A DNA stretch of 63,626 nucleotides, counting the filler, from Thraustochytrium aureum (taxonomy: Eukaryota): the NCBI GenBank assembly GCA_012862495.1. It is 5 parts of 4 records of this genome, joined end to end, with 100 filler letters (N's around TTAATTAATTAA, not from the genome) between each part and the next. Parts side by side here need not be neighbours in the genome. Positions count along the whole stretch, not along the records: positions 16,213 to 32,032 come from BLSG01000038.1; positions 32,133 to 48,634 come from BLSG01000041.1; 3 more parts are not named here. One strand, 5' to 3'. Every line of letters begins with the position of its first letter. Position 1 is the stretch's first letter. Below are positions 23,976 to 33,667 of the stretch, piece by piece. The translations under genes were made by a program, and so were the position numbers. The notes beneath the pieces are model-generated. The model was given only the letters and a program-made list of their open reading frames with translations. It did not search any database and was not told the DNA's origin.

Positions 23976-24691
23976 AGCAGCAGGTGCAAGTGCCGACTCG
24001 CTCACTCCCCCGCCAGCCTAGCACCTGAGCCGGTTTGGCAGAGTGCCCTCCACATGGGCGAGTCCAAAACCCGCCTTGAAAGCGGTTCGATCATGGTACC
24101 TTCTTCCGTGGCTGAGACGACGACTCGACGCGGCAACCAGTGAGTACACAGGCACCGCGGCGCTGCACAGCACAGAGCTTGCCGGAAGAAAGAAAACGCA
24201 AAACATGTTCTCTACAACCACCCAGGATGCTCACAAACGCACTTCGGCGCGCCAACGCAGCCGCGGGTCGCGGATTTACACCCAAAGCCACGTACAAACG
24301 CGCTGTGCCAGTGCCAGCTAGCCAAGGAAACGTGAGCCCTGCAGGTACATTCGCGCAAAGTACTCTACGCGCCTCGCCACTCTTGCAAGTGCCGAACTGC
24401 TGCACACCCCACGACCAAACACGACGCACGGACAGCAGGCAGAGCGCACCAATACGAAGCCAGCCAGCAGCGGTCAACGGTGAGGGCGCATGCGGAGTCA
24501 GGACTCCGACGAGCGCAGAGTGGGACATACGGGCCAAGGACTCTACTACCTCTGTAAGTTCAAGTATGCACGGGCTCTGCGCCTTCCACACGACGCGGGA
24601 GGAAAGGCCCAGGCCTGAGAGTACTCGACCGTCAGCGCAGAAAGCTTCACCGCGACCACTCGTGGTGCCGCATGCTGCTGGTGCTGCTGCT

Positions 24692-24748
24692 GATGAGGAC
24701 GACGACGAGGAAGAAGAAGAAGAAGAAGAAGGAGGAGGAGGAGGAGGC
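24692..24748. repeat. Compound trinucleotide microsatellite (GAC)(GAA)n(GGA)n
   Basis: Read directly from the sequence. Confidence 0.9.
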
Positions 24749-25504
24749 GTGGACGACACCAGGTATACCTCACCACACCAACGCCTTGTGGCCTGCCTCC
24801 ACGCAGGGCCAGGAGCTGTTGAAGCAGCGAACGCTCTTTGCGGCACGCGCTGCTTTCCTTGTGCGGTCCACTGGCGCGGCGCGTTCTTTCCCGCTTTGCT
24901 TTGGAGGGTTTTGGCAAGGCGACAGCTGAAAGAGGGCGCTGTTGGTCGTGATACTTCACTCTCGCGCACCGTGCTGGGCGCACCGTGTCCGATCCTTGGT
25001 GGCTGCTGTGGCTGGCAGCCGAGCGGCTCCCGTGGCCGCGAAACCTGTGTGTACTGAGTACTGTAGCATACGACTCTGCGTCGTTTCGGCGCTGCGCGTC
25101 GACTCGGTGGTTTTGCGAGCGAGCATGCCGGCGATTGCCCGCTCACACGCGAGGCCATTGCAGTGCGGGATCTCGCGACGCGCGCTGAAGCAAGTACAGC
25201 TTTCGAGGAGCTCGCAAGACCGAGGACGCGGGCGCGGACAGGAGCTGTGCTGCTCGGAGGGGTTTGTTTGGTTGCTCGACAATAACGATGAATACCCACA
25301 AAACAAAGGACGGCCGAAACGGAGCTGGGGTGAGCCGGCAAGCTCGCACCATCGGCGCTGACCGGCCTGCGCCAGCCCCTCCACTCCCTCCGCCACCGAC
25401 CCCACCGCGCCCCTGTTGTTGCACAGTCGGGCCATCCGAGAATCCCTCCACGCCCGAATCGCAATGCCTCTCGCGTTCAAGGAGCAGAGAGCTTTGAGCT
25501 CTGC

Positions 25505-28500
25505 ATGGAGGGGTCTCCAGCGCGCTCTGGCTTTACTCGGAGAAGAGCTACGACCACCTCGCTGACGACCTGGCATCGGGCGCCGGACTTGGAGCTCACC
25601 ATCTTTGCACCACCTGGCGAAGGCCGTTTAGCACCAGACGGCGCGAGTTCAGCGGGCGGCGAAGCTCAAGGTACCACCGAAGATGGGGACACGAGCGTGG
25701 CGAGCGTCAGAATCCACTCGGACGCTTCGATAGAGTTGCGAAAGCCTCGGCAGCGCAACGACGCCTTATCGGTGACCAACTATCAGCTCGAGCTGCTGTC
25801 GAACATCGGTCGCAGCCAGATCCAGCTTTGGACGTCGCAGGGCGGAGGCAACAGCCGGCCAAGCGTTCTCGTTCGCAGAATCCAGAGCACCAAGAGCGCA
25901 AACGTGCTCGCCCGCGTGATGTACCTGTACTCGCTCGCACTGCTAGCAGCATTCTTCTTGTGCGTGCTCTTCAGCGTGACGCACTCTATCGCGATGCTCT
26001 TCGGCGCAGACGGCGCTCTAGCTATCGTGGGCATCCCGTTTCTCGCATCGATTGCCCACGCCTGGGCCCACGTCTTTGCCTCGTTTATCTCGATGGGGGC
26101 GGACCTGCTCGGATCGCAGACTTATCTCAAGGTTAGCTTGTCGTTTTGTCTCCGGAGATTGGACGATCCGGACGCGTTCCTCAACAAGGTTCTTCAGATT
26201 GCTCTCGCCATTCTCCCGATCCTGGTGACGGTGTTGCGGCTAGCTATATACAGTGACCTGGAGTGTGCGATTCGCAGCGGCCAGATCGCGTCCATGATAG
26301 GCATTGGCGTCGTCTTTACCCTTCACCTCGTGGTCAAGTTCTGGGCCAAGCTCCACTTCATATCCACCTTCATGCAGCATGGCAACGCCAACGCCGGCCG
26401 TTTTGGTCGCCTGAAACAGCTTGTACTCGTGCGTCTCGAGTTCTTCGCTTCCGTGATCGATGTCGAGGAGGCGGAGACGCAGAACAGCTCGTCTGGACTG
26501 ACCATTGCCGCAGACGCGTCAGCGGCTCCCGTGCGAGTCCACCCGCCGCCAGCCAGCGCGGCAAGTCCAAGCGTGCGAGCCCACCCGCCGCCAGCCAGCG
26601 CGGCAACTCCAAGCTTTCAAGTCCACCCGCCGCCAGCCAGCGCGGCAACTCCAAGCTTTCAAGTCCACCCGCCGCCAGCCAGTCCGGCAAGTGCAAGCCA
26701 CGCAGGCCGAGTTTTGGAGGAGGTTGAGCCGGAACAGCAGCGGGTCTTGCTGCTGAGCGACATTGCGTTCCAAGTCCCCTCAACGGAGAGGCGATCAGCT
26801 TTGTCGGGCTGTTGCACGATGTCGCCAGGAGGATGCCGCGATTTTCGTTTGCAGCTCTGCGCTGAGAATTGCTGCAAGCTCGCGTATGTGCTGGCTTGGC
26901 TATGCATCCTTATCACACTGGTTGTTTTCATTGTGATGCACTTTGGGATCCTGGAGACGATCGGGATTTTGGGACCCCTTGCGTGGGTTGCTATTCGGCT
27001 TGTTTTTGCATGGTGCCAGACGACGCGCATGAGCGGCGGGTCTGCCACGCTCTCCAACCTGACTTCGCTCTATGGTTTTATTCTTCCGCAGTCTTTGGAC
27101 AGGCCGGGGTTCTTGACCATCAAGTGGCTGCTCGGCAACCGCAATACGCGGTACACGGCGACCCGCAAGTTCCGGCTTCGGCGTGGCTGGACCTGGCTTG
27201 CCGTCTTTCTCGGCCTTGCCGCGCTCGGAGGTTCGTTCGCGTACGTCCTGTCTCGCGACGTTTTCGATCAACGAAGGATCACATGGATAGTGGTCGGGAC
27301 GGTCTCGATGGCGGTCAATCTCCTATTTGTGTTTCTCGACGAGCACGTGTGGTTCCACTTGAAAGGACCCTTAATCCAGGACGAGCGCGCGTCCGGGCCA
27401 GAGCTGGCACGAACACCAGCAAACAAACTCCTAGGCATCCTCTCTGGCGAAGCGGTCGAGGACAGCACTCAAGACGCCGAGCACGACAAAGCGGTCGAGG
27501 ACAGCACTCAAGACGCCGAGCACAACAAAGCGCGGCTGCTTTACGCGCTCATCTGGCGGGGTCGCCACCACAAGCTCATTCTGCAGGCCACGCTGCTGGC
27601 TTGCATCTACTACGTTGGTGGTCTGTTCTATTTCTCACGCGAATACTCGGCTGTCGTGGTGAGCGCTGCAACGGCGTCCTTTGATGTCGTTGCGCCGCAG
27701 CACGTCGGGCTGGTGGCCGAGCCCACCCGCAGGACGTACGAAACGTGCCGCGTCGGCGACCTCTTCCAGGATCGAGCGCATCCAGACCTCGCTCTCGCCG
27801 ACTATGCGTTTCTATCAGCTGTGGCCTACCACGCGGGCGGGCGGGCTGACGAGCTCGTGCAAGCTTATTTCGACGACTCGCGCGGGCTAAACGTCACTGT
27901 CCTCGAGAAAGTTCCTGCGCGGGCACAAGCTGGGCTGGCCGCGTTTCTGATCGATAACGAACACCTCGTCGTGGCGGTGCGCGGAACCACTTTGCACTGG
28001 CGCGACTTAGCGGAAGATATTGGCGTTTGGGCGCCGACTGCAGTGATGCAGTTGACGTCGTGGCTACTTCCACTTGGCGACATTTGGGACCTCGTGATCC
28101 CCAACTTGCTCAGCTGGCTGGGCCCGCTTCAATACCCTGAAACGTTCGCAGAGGAAGTGGGCGTGCTCCTTGATAGCCTGGGGGACCGTTACAAGTCGCG
28201 CGTCATCACGGGGCACTCGCTAGGCGGTGGCGTCGCCATGATTGTTGGGGCCAAGTACGAGATCCCTGCCATTTGCTTTTCCGCTCCGAACCAGATCCTT
28301 GGGCACCAACTTCTGCAGGTCAGCCTCGAGTCTCTCCAGGAAAACACCCTCAACGTGGTCCCGGAGAGGGATTTTATACCGCGCATCGACAGGCGCCCGT
28401 TCCACATCCAAAACATCGAGTGCCGAGACACGTCGTTCCGCAGCTTTCTCGTCTGCCACGGGATTGAGCAAACGTTTTGCGAAATTTCGCACAAGTGCAA

Positions 28501-28555
28501 CCGGAACGGCCACCTTAACAACCGCACGCTGTCGGCCTGCGCCGCCACGTACTGA
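25505..28555 (+). CDS. Multi-pass membrane protein with C-terminal class 3 (fungal-type) lipase domain
   Basis: Intact 1016-aa ORF with about 10 hydrophobic helices. Lipase motifs VVAVRGT, ITGHSLGGG (nucleophile elbow), DFIPRID and CHGIE (candidate catalytic Asp and His). Confidence 0.85.
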   Translation: MEGSPARSGFTRRRATTTSLTTWHRAPDLELTIFAPPGEGRLAPDGASSAGGEAQGTTEDGDTSVASVRIHSDASIELRKPRQRNDALSVTNYQLELLSNIGRSQIQLWTSQGGGNSRPSVLVRRIQSTKSANVLARVMYLYSLALLAAFFLCVLFSVTHSIAMLFGADGALAIVGIPFLASIAHAWAHVFASFISMGADLLGSQTYLKVSLSFCLRRLDDPDAFLNKVLQIALAILPILVTVLRLAIYSDLECAIRSGQIASMIGIGVVFTLHLVVKFWAKLHFISTFMQHGNANAGRFGRLKQLVLVRLEFFASVIDVEEAETQNSSSGLTIAADASAAPVRVHPPPASAASPSVRAHPPPASAATPSFQVHPPPASAATPSFQVHPPPASPASASHAGRVLEEVEPEQQRVLLLSDIAFQVPSTERRSALSGCCTMSPGGCRDFRLQLCAENCCKLAYVLAWLCILITLVVFIVMHFGILETIGILGPLAWVAIRLVFAWCQTTRMSGGSATLSNLTSLYGFILPQSLDRPGFLTIKWLLGNRNTRYTATRKFRLRRGWTWLAVFLGLAALGGSFAYVLSRDVFDQRRITWIVVGTVSMAVNLLFVFLDEHVWFHLKGPLIQDERASGPELARTPANKLLGILSGEAVEDSTQDAEHDKAVEDSTQDAEHNKARLLYALIWRGRHHKLILQATLLACIYYVGGLFYFSREYSAVVVSAATASFDVVAPQHVGLVAEPTRRTYETCRVGDLFQDRAHPDLALADYAFLSAVAYHAGGRADELVQAYFDDSRGLNVTVLEKVPARAQAGLAAFLIDNEHLVVAVRGTTLHWRDLAEDIGVWAPTAVMQLTSWLLPLGDIWDLVIPNLLSWLGPLQYPETFAEEVGVLLDSLGDRYKSRVITGHSLGGGVAMIVGAKYEIPAICFSAPNQILGHQLLQVSLESLQENTLNVVPERDFIPRIDRRPFHIQNIECRDTSFRSFLVCHGIEQTFCEISHKCNRNGHLNNRTLSACAATY
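26531..26698 (+). repeat. Coding 42-bp tandem repeat x4 (VHPPPASAATPSFQ-like)
   Basis: Units at 26537, 26579, 26621 and 26663. A second coding duplication (AVEDSTQDAEH x2) lies at ~27450-27530. Confidence 0.9.
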
Positions 28556-29235
28556 CGGGAGATATTGGGACACACAGACCATCAAATTGAGGCTCTCGGC
28601 ATGTGCATACACGGCACTCTCGACAACGAGCCCCTCAAGCTGGCCGACCACGCAATGAAGCGCACCCGCGCGCCGTGCCGTGCGCCTTTACATACAAGAA
28701 TCCCACAAGCAATTGCCCACAACATTGAATCCGTGCCGGAAGCGACACGCCGTCCTGCGCGCCAGGAAAGGACGAGTTGGCGTCACAGCCCCACCGCGCC
28801 TATCTGCCTTTCGTTCTTGCTTCACAACCTGGCGGCGCGGTCACCGCAGCCGAGGATGGATGCGCCAGCGATGAACAGCTCGAAAAGTTGTTGCGGTCCG
28901 CGCCATTGTACGGTCANNNNNNNNNNNNNNNNNNNNNNNNNNNNNNNNNNNNNNNNNNNNNNNNNNNNNNNNNNNNNNNNNNNNNNNNNNNNNNNNNNNN
29001 NNNNNNNNNNNNNNNNNNNNNNNNNNNNNNNNNNNNNNNNNNNNNNNNNNNNNNNNNNNNNNNNNNNNNNNNNNNNNNNNNNNNNNNNNNNNNNNNNNNN
29101 NNNNNNNNNNNNNNNNNNNNNNNNNNNNNNNNNNNNNNNNNNNNNNNNNNNNNNNNNNNNNNNNNNNNNNNNNNNNNNNNNNNNNNNNNNNNNNNNNNNN
29201 NNNNNNNNNNNNNNNNNNNNNNNNNNNNNNNNNNN

Positions 29236-29627
29236 GAGCCGCAGGACCTCGTCACAAAACGCCTCCGCTTCGCGACGATCCGCAAACTCGCTACGCTCCC
29301 GCTGCAGCATTTCTCCAACCTGTTTTTTGTTTTGTCGCTCGGCTGCAGCGGCAGCGTGTCGAGCTCGAGGCTGTCGCAACCCTGGCGCATGAGTACGAGC
29401 TTGACGTGCTTGTCCGCGACGTCGATGACTTCCTGTACAGCTCTGGTCTTGGCTTTCCGTTGCTGATCGATCTGCTTGCACACATGCCTCTGGATGGCGT
29501 ACGGGTCGCGCTTGAGCAGTCGCTCGCTAATGTCAGCCGCGCGGATAGTTGCCCGGATCGAAAAATCAGGGACCGTATCAACAATGCTGCCCTTACAAGG
29601 TTGGCGAGGCACCACGTCAGATTGCAT
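29236..29627 (-). CDS. Hypothetical protein fragment running into N gap
   Basis: Protein-like ORF (VPDFSIRATIRAADISERLLKRDPY…), with a probable frameshift in an A-run near 29325. Confidence 0.3.
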
Positions 29628-29964
29628 GCGCCCAACTGAGCGACATCGTCCAGACGCCACGCACCGGTGCACTGATGCACTTACGTAAACAGCAACCGCT
29701 CGCCACTACCAGAGACGGCGGGAAGCCGTGTTGGCCGCGGTTGACAAATCGGCGTTACTGCCACCGGCAGAGCCCCAACCACAGAGGCTCAGTCGCTCCT
29801 AGGCGCCGTACCACTGTGCCGCGCCGCCACCCTTCCTCGAGTAATCCGCATCCCGCCTCCGACACCCGCCCTTTCGATCTGAAGCCACCCGACCTCAAAA
29901 GAGTCCCCGCGCTCGCGCCTACCTAAAAGGGATCAAGACTACTGGGTTGCGGTGTCCCCTCTGT

Positions 29965-31585
29965 CAAGGTGCCATTTCTTCAAGAGTGATTTTTTATCAT
30001 TTTTTAATTAAAACGTTGTGTATAAAAACAATTTGCTCGCTTTTAGCACACCTCGCTGATTGAAAACATTGTGCGAAAGTGTTTGTCTGTACGAAACTCG
30101 AGGGGGTACCCCGCACGAAACCAAGTCACCAAAACGAAAGCGATAAATGGAGTTTGTTGGGTCATAGTGGCGGGTTTTCCGCAGGCTGAGCTGCACCGGT
30201 GGGCGCCTGGCGTGGATGTTGCAAGCCACCAGGAGCCTCACCTTCCTCGTCGCTGTCGTCGTCATTAGCTGTTATTTCCCTTGTGAAAAGGTCGTCGTCG
30301 TCGTCGTCGTCGTCGTCCTCGCCACGGTCGTCGTTGGACTCGGGCAAGCACGATCCATCGCCGAATTGCTTGCGGCTTGAGTGCCGCAGACTGGCCCGCA
30401 GTCCGCGATCTCGCAGAGCAAGGGGCGGCGGAGACTCGACTACGTTGAAAAAGTGTAGAATGTCGCTCTCTTCACGCAGGTAAAGCATGATGTCCCTCGT
30501 GCGTTCGTACTGGGCACTGTTCAGCTTGATGCTCGCAAGCCGATGCAGTGTAGAGGCACCGAGGCGGTTGCGCAGCTTTGTGTGGTATTGGCCCATGACC
30601 TTGAATGATCGTTCACCGCCGGCGGCAGAGGGCGGCAAGCGAAAGACGAGTTTTGCGATGGGTCTCAACTCGGCTCCGCTCCACATGTAGTAGACGAAAG
30701 GATGTGGGAGACGTTCGGCGCGAAAATTCGGCGCTGCTGGCGTGCCGGGCGCATTGGCCCCCTCGCGCTGTGCGATTTCGTAGCGGAGTCGCAGTAACGC
30801 CGCCTTGGCTTCGAACGCGTCCTTCTCCAGATATCCGGCAAAGCTGACCATCGTCTCCAGGCCAGCGTCGATGGCATCCGCGACGGACCGATCGGCGTCT
30901 AGCGCAATGCCATCTTTCACACACTGCATCACGAGGTCACTGCAAACTGGGTCGAGGATTAGAGCGAGCTGCAGCACGCCCGCGGCACGCCCGTGTGGTC
31001 CTTCGTTTTTGCTGTGCCGAGTAATTTCGCGCCAGCGCTGTCGAACCAGGTTGGGCAAGACTTCTGAGAAATGCGAAGCGTTGAGGCCGAGGCAGTTCAC
31101 CATACTGTCAACCGCATCCCGACTACCTTGGTGAACTCCGCGTAAGTCTCCTCGTCGCGCGGACGCCCTCGAGGCCCACCCCGACTCATGTCGCAACTCT
31201 CCTGAAGCCCGCTCAGGTTTCTGACAGTGCGCGCCGTTTTCTTCAAGATACGCCTCCGTGCCGAACCGCCAGGAACCGCAGCCCCCACACCTGTGCCCGC
31301 CGCGCTGCTGCCTGCTGGTCAGCCTGGTCAGCCTTCGAGCCTTTCGCGTCTACTCGACTCGCATGTCTACGTCCAGTCAAACTTGCCATGTCACGACCTG
31401 GCATGCACCCCACCTAAAGTCGGACACAAATCCAAAGAGTTTTAAAACAATTTCCTCAACTTTCGTACTATAAAATCCACTTTAAAACACGCCTGTTTTT
31501 TAACACCCTTGTTTTCACACGCAACGTTATCATGACATTTTTACCTTTTTCGAAATCTTTCAAGAGAACGCTTGCACACCCCCTG
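29965..31585 (-). mobile_element. Internally deleted (non-autonomous) hAT DNA transposon; left boundary approximate
   Basis: Transposase remnant flanked by AT-rich arms. The right end reads CAGGGGGTGTGCAAG on the minus strand (hAT-type TIR). Inverted subterminal matches: 30012-30031 vs 31509-31528 (17/20) and 30089-30103 vs 31454-31468 (13/15). No left TIR or 8-bp TSD was found. Confidence 0.7.
30162..31189 (-). pseudogene. hAT transposase remnant with C-terminal dimerisation domain
   Basis: LALILDP and ELRPIAKLVFRLPPSAAGGERSFKVMGQYHTKLRNRL…LASIKLN match the hAT dimerisation consensus. An N-terminal stub MSRGGPRGRPRDEETYAEFTKV lies in another frame. BED finger cysteines and most of the catalytic core are absent. 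Confidence 0.85.
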
Positions 31586-31766
31586 CAAGTCGCATGCCAG
31601 GGTGCAGAGCAGGCAGGCTGACAGGGCACTGCGTTGCGGGCGAGCGTGCGAGCGTGCGTCGGCGGCGCCGAGGGGAGGCAGACCAGGACACGAGTTGCGC
31701 GCGCTTCAGGCGAGGTCGAAGGTTGCGTTTGCCTGCGCAGGAGGTGTGAGAGAGCTGGACGGCAAG

Positions 31767-32032
31767 ATGGCCAGTTTCAACAACTTCGAACGCGCACTGG
31801 CCGCGATGAACGGCGGGGAGACGTCGATCACGTGAGTTTATGGCTATTTATCGAGTGCGCTGTTGGCTGCCTCGTGCCTGCATGCATTCAGCCAGAGCCT
31901 GCTTGCGCGGCGGCACCGCGCTGTGTTTCTCGGTGGTGGCTGACCAACTCGTGAGACCAACCGTCGCCATCGGACAACAATAACAACAATAGTCTCTACG
32001 GCACCAGAATTCGCGATGCGGAAGCTGGCGCG
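31767..32032 (+). CDS. 5' end of probable RNI-type leucine-rich repeat protein (intron 31832-31992; truncated at scaffold end)
   Basis: MASFNNFERALAAMNGGETSIT, then GTGAGT donor and AATAG acceptor, gives …ITLYGTRIRDAEAGA, resembling LxLxxNxIxDxGAxxLA. Confidence 0.5.
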
Positions 32033-32132
32033 NNNNNNNNNNNNNNNNNNNNNNNNNNNNNNNNNNNNNNNNNNNNTTAATTAATTAANNNNNNNNNNNN
32101 NNNNNNNNNNNNNNNNNNNNNNNNNNNNNNNN
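32033..32132. other. Artificial scaffold-joining spacer
   Basis: 44 N + TTAATTAATTAA (32077-32088) + 44 N. Confidence 0.97.
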
Positions 32133-33182
32133 CGACGGCAGGCCACCGGGTGAACTCCCCGAAATAGTTCCGCCGGGCTCGAAAGTACAGAATTAAGAAG
32201 AGTTCTCTGGAAGTGGGACGCATGGGATGTACCCGGGATCTTGTATGTGAAATCCACTGCCGAAAAGAGCGACGAGTAACCTGACCCCTAACCTGACTAA
32301 GTCCTCTATTATACTATGGAGGGCCAGGTCAGCCGCTTCTGCAACGGCTATTTTTTTGTTACAAATGTTTACAAACGAACTGGTGCGGAACGTCAATAAT
32401 GATGGTCTCAAGAGTCTCGTACATTTTTATTTTAGAGTGGGTACTACAGGTACACGTTGACTTGCAAACACAAAACAAAGTGGGCGCGCAGCCGCTGGGC
32501 GGCACTCGCGCCGGGCGAGCACCGCCAGCTTCCCTCTAACGGTCGACGCTGACGCACGGTCGACGTCCTTGGTGCCAGTGTTCGCGTGCTGTGGCTTTGC
32601 TTTTGCGCGCTTCAGGAACGGCACGTCAAAAACGCAGTAGCGATCCTTGCCTTGCATTGCTGCCGTGTCATGGCGCTCCGAAGTCATCCATGCAAAGAAA
32701 CGGATCGTGAACGCTGCGCCGTGCGCGCGGCGCGACCGGCGCGTTGCAGCAATCCCACTCGCGGAAACATTCTTGTTTGTTGCTGCCGTTTACTGCGCAT
32801 GCGCAAAATACGCTTGCGTTTGCAGCTCGCCAGCAAGCCAGCCAGGTACTAGTAGCCATCGAAATCACACGCACGCGCGCGCTACTTACCGCTTTGGCGT
32901 TCAAGCGCTTGGACGACCACATTGTTGTGCGCCTAACTTGCAGCCGAGAAGCCATCCGACCTGGCGGCGGCGGCGGGCGCGCTCGCTGTCAGTCCAGACA
33001 GAGGGAGCAGCAAGCAAAGCAGAAACTGCCTGAAGTGGGTGGCGCCGCGCCCGCCTTCCGGCGGCGTTCTGCACCAAGAGCGGCTCCATGTGCTTGATCG
33101 CTTGACCGCTTGACCGCTTAGCTCGTGCAAGAGCGGCTTGAGCTCGAAGTCGTGTCGGGGCGTGCCGGCGCCAAGCGCTTCG

Positions 33183-33252
33183 GTTAGTACGTGCTTGAGG
33201 CTGCCGCTAGCGTGCGCGTTAGTATGTGTTTGAGGCTGCCGCAAGCGTGCGC
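33183..33252. repeat. 35-bp tandem duplication
   Basis: GTTAGTACGTGCTTGAGGCTGCCGCTAGCGTGCGC is followed by a copy with 3 mismatches. Confidence 0.9.
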
Positions 33253-33667
33253 GTTGCACTCACCTTGCTTGGTCAGGGCAGAGCTGCTCATCGGCCGCGC
33301 CCTGGCCGACGGTCCGGGTGCTCTCGTGTGTTGCTGAGTTCGGTTGGGTGTCTGCTGTCAAGCGCGCGGGACCTCGGCGAGCCCTGTTTCCGAGCCAACA
33401 GCACGAGCTGTAGCGGGTTGCCCGTCCCGGCGTCAAATCAGTGACGCATTGCTTCCCCTCACAACGAACAAACAAAATCGTTCCTTCACCTCACAAAGAA
33501 TTTGAATTTTGTGATAGCCAAAAACGATGTGGACAAGAACGCGCGTTGCGACGGACGTCGGAGCGCGCAGCCAGGCAACAGGGAGCACGCGGAGCAAGCG
33601 ATGAGAGAGCGCGCGGCACACGCAAGCGAGGCGAATGGTAGACGAGCGGGAAGGCACAGACGAGAGG

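Noticed and set aside
24091..25464. Overlapping long ORFs on both strands around the GAA/GGA microsatellite
   Set aside because: Low complexity with no domain signal; probably the divergent intergenic/UTR region between the vWA-TM gene and the lipase.
31397..31601. 10-bp inverted repeat CCTGGCATGC/GCATGCCAGG as a MITE boundary
   Set aside because: It does not extend, has no TSD, and is plausible by chance.
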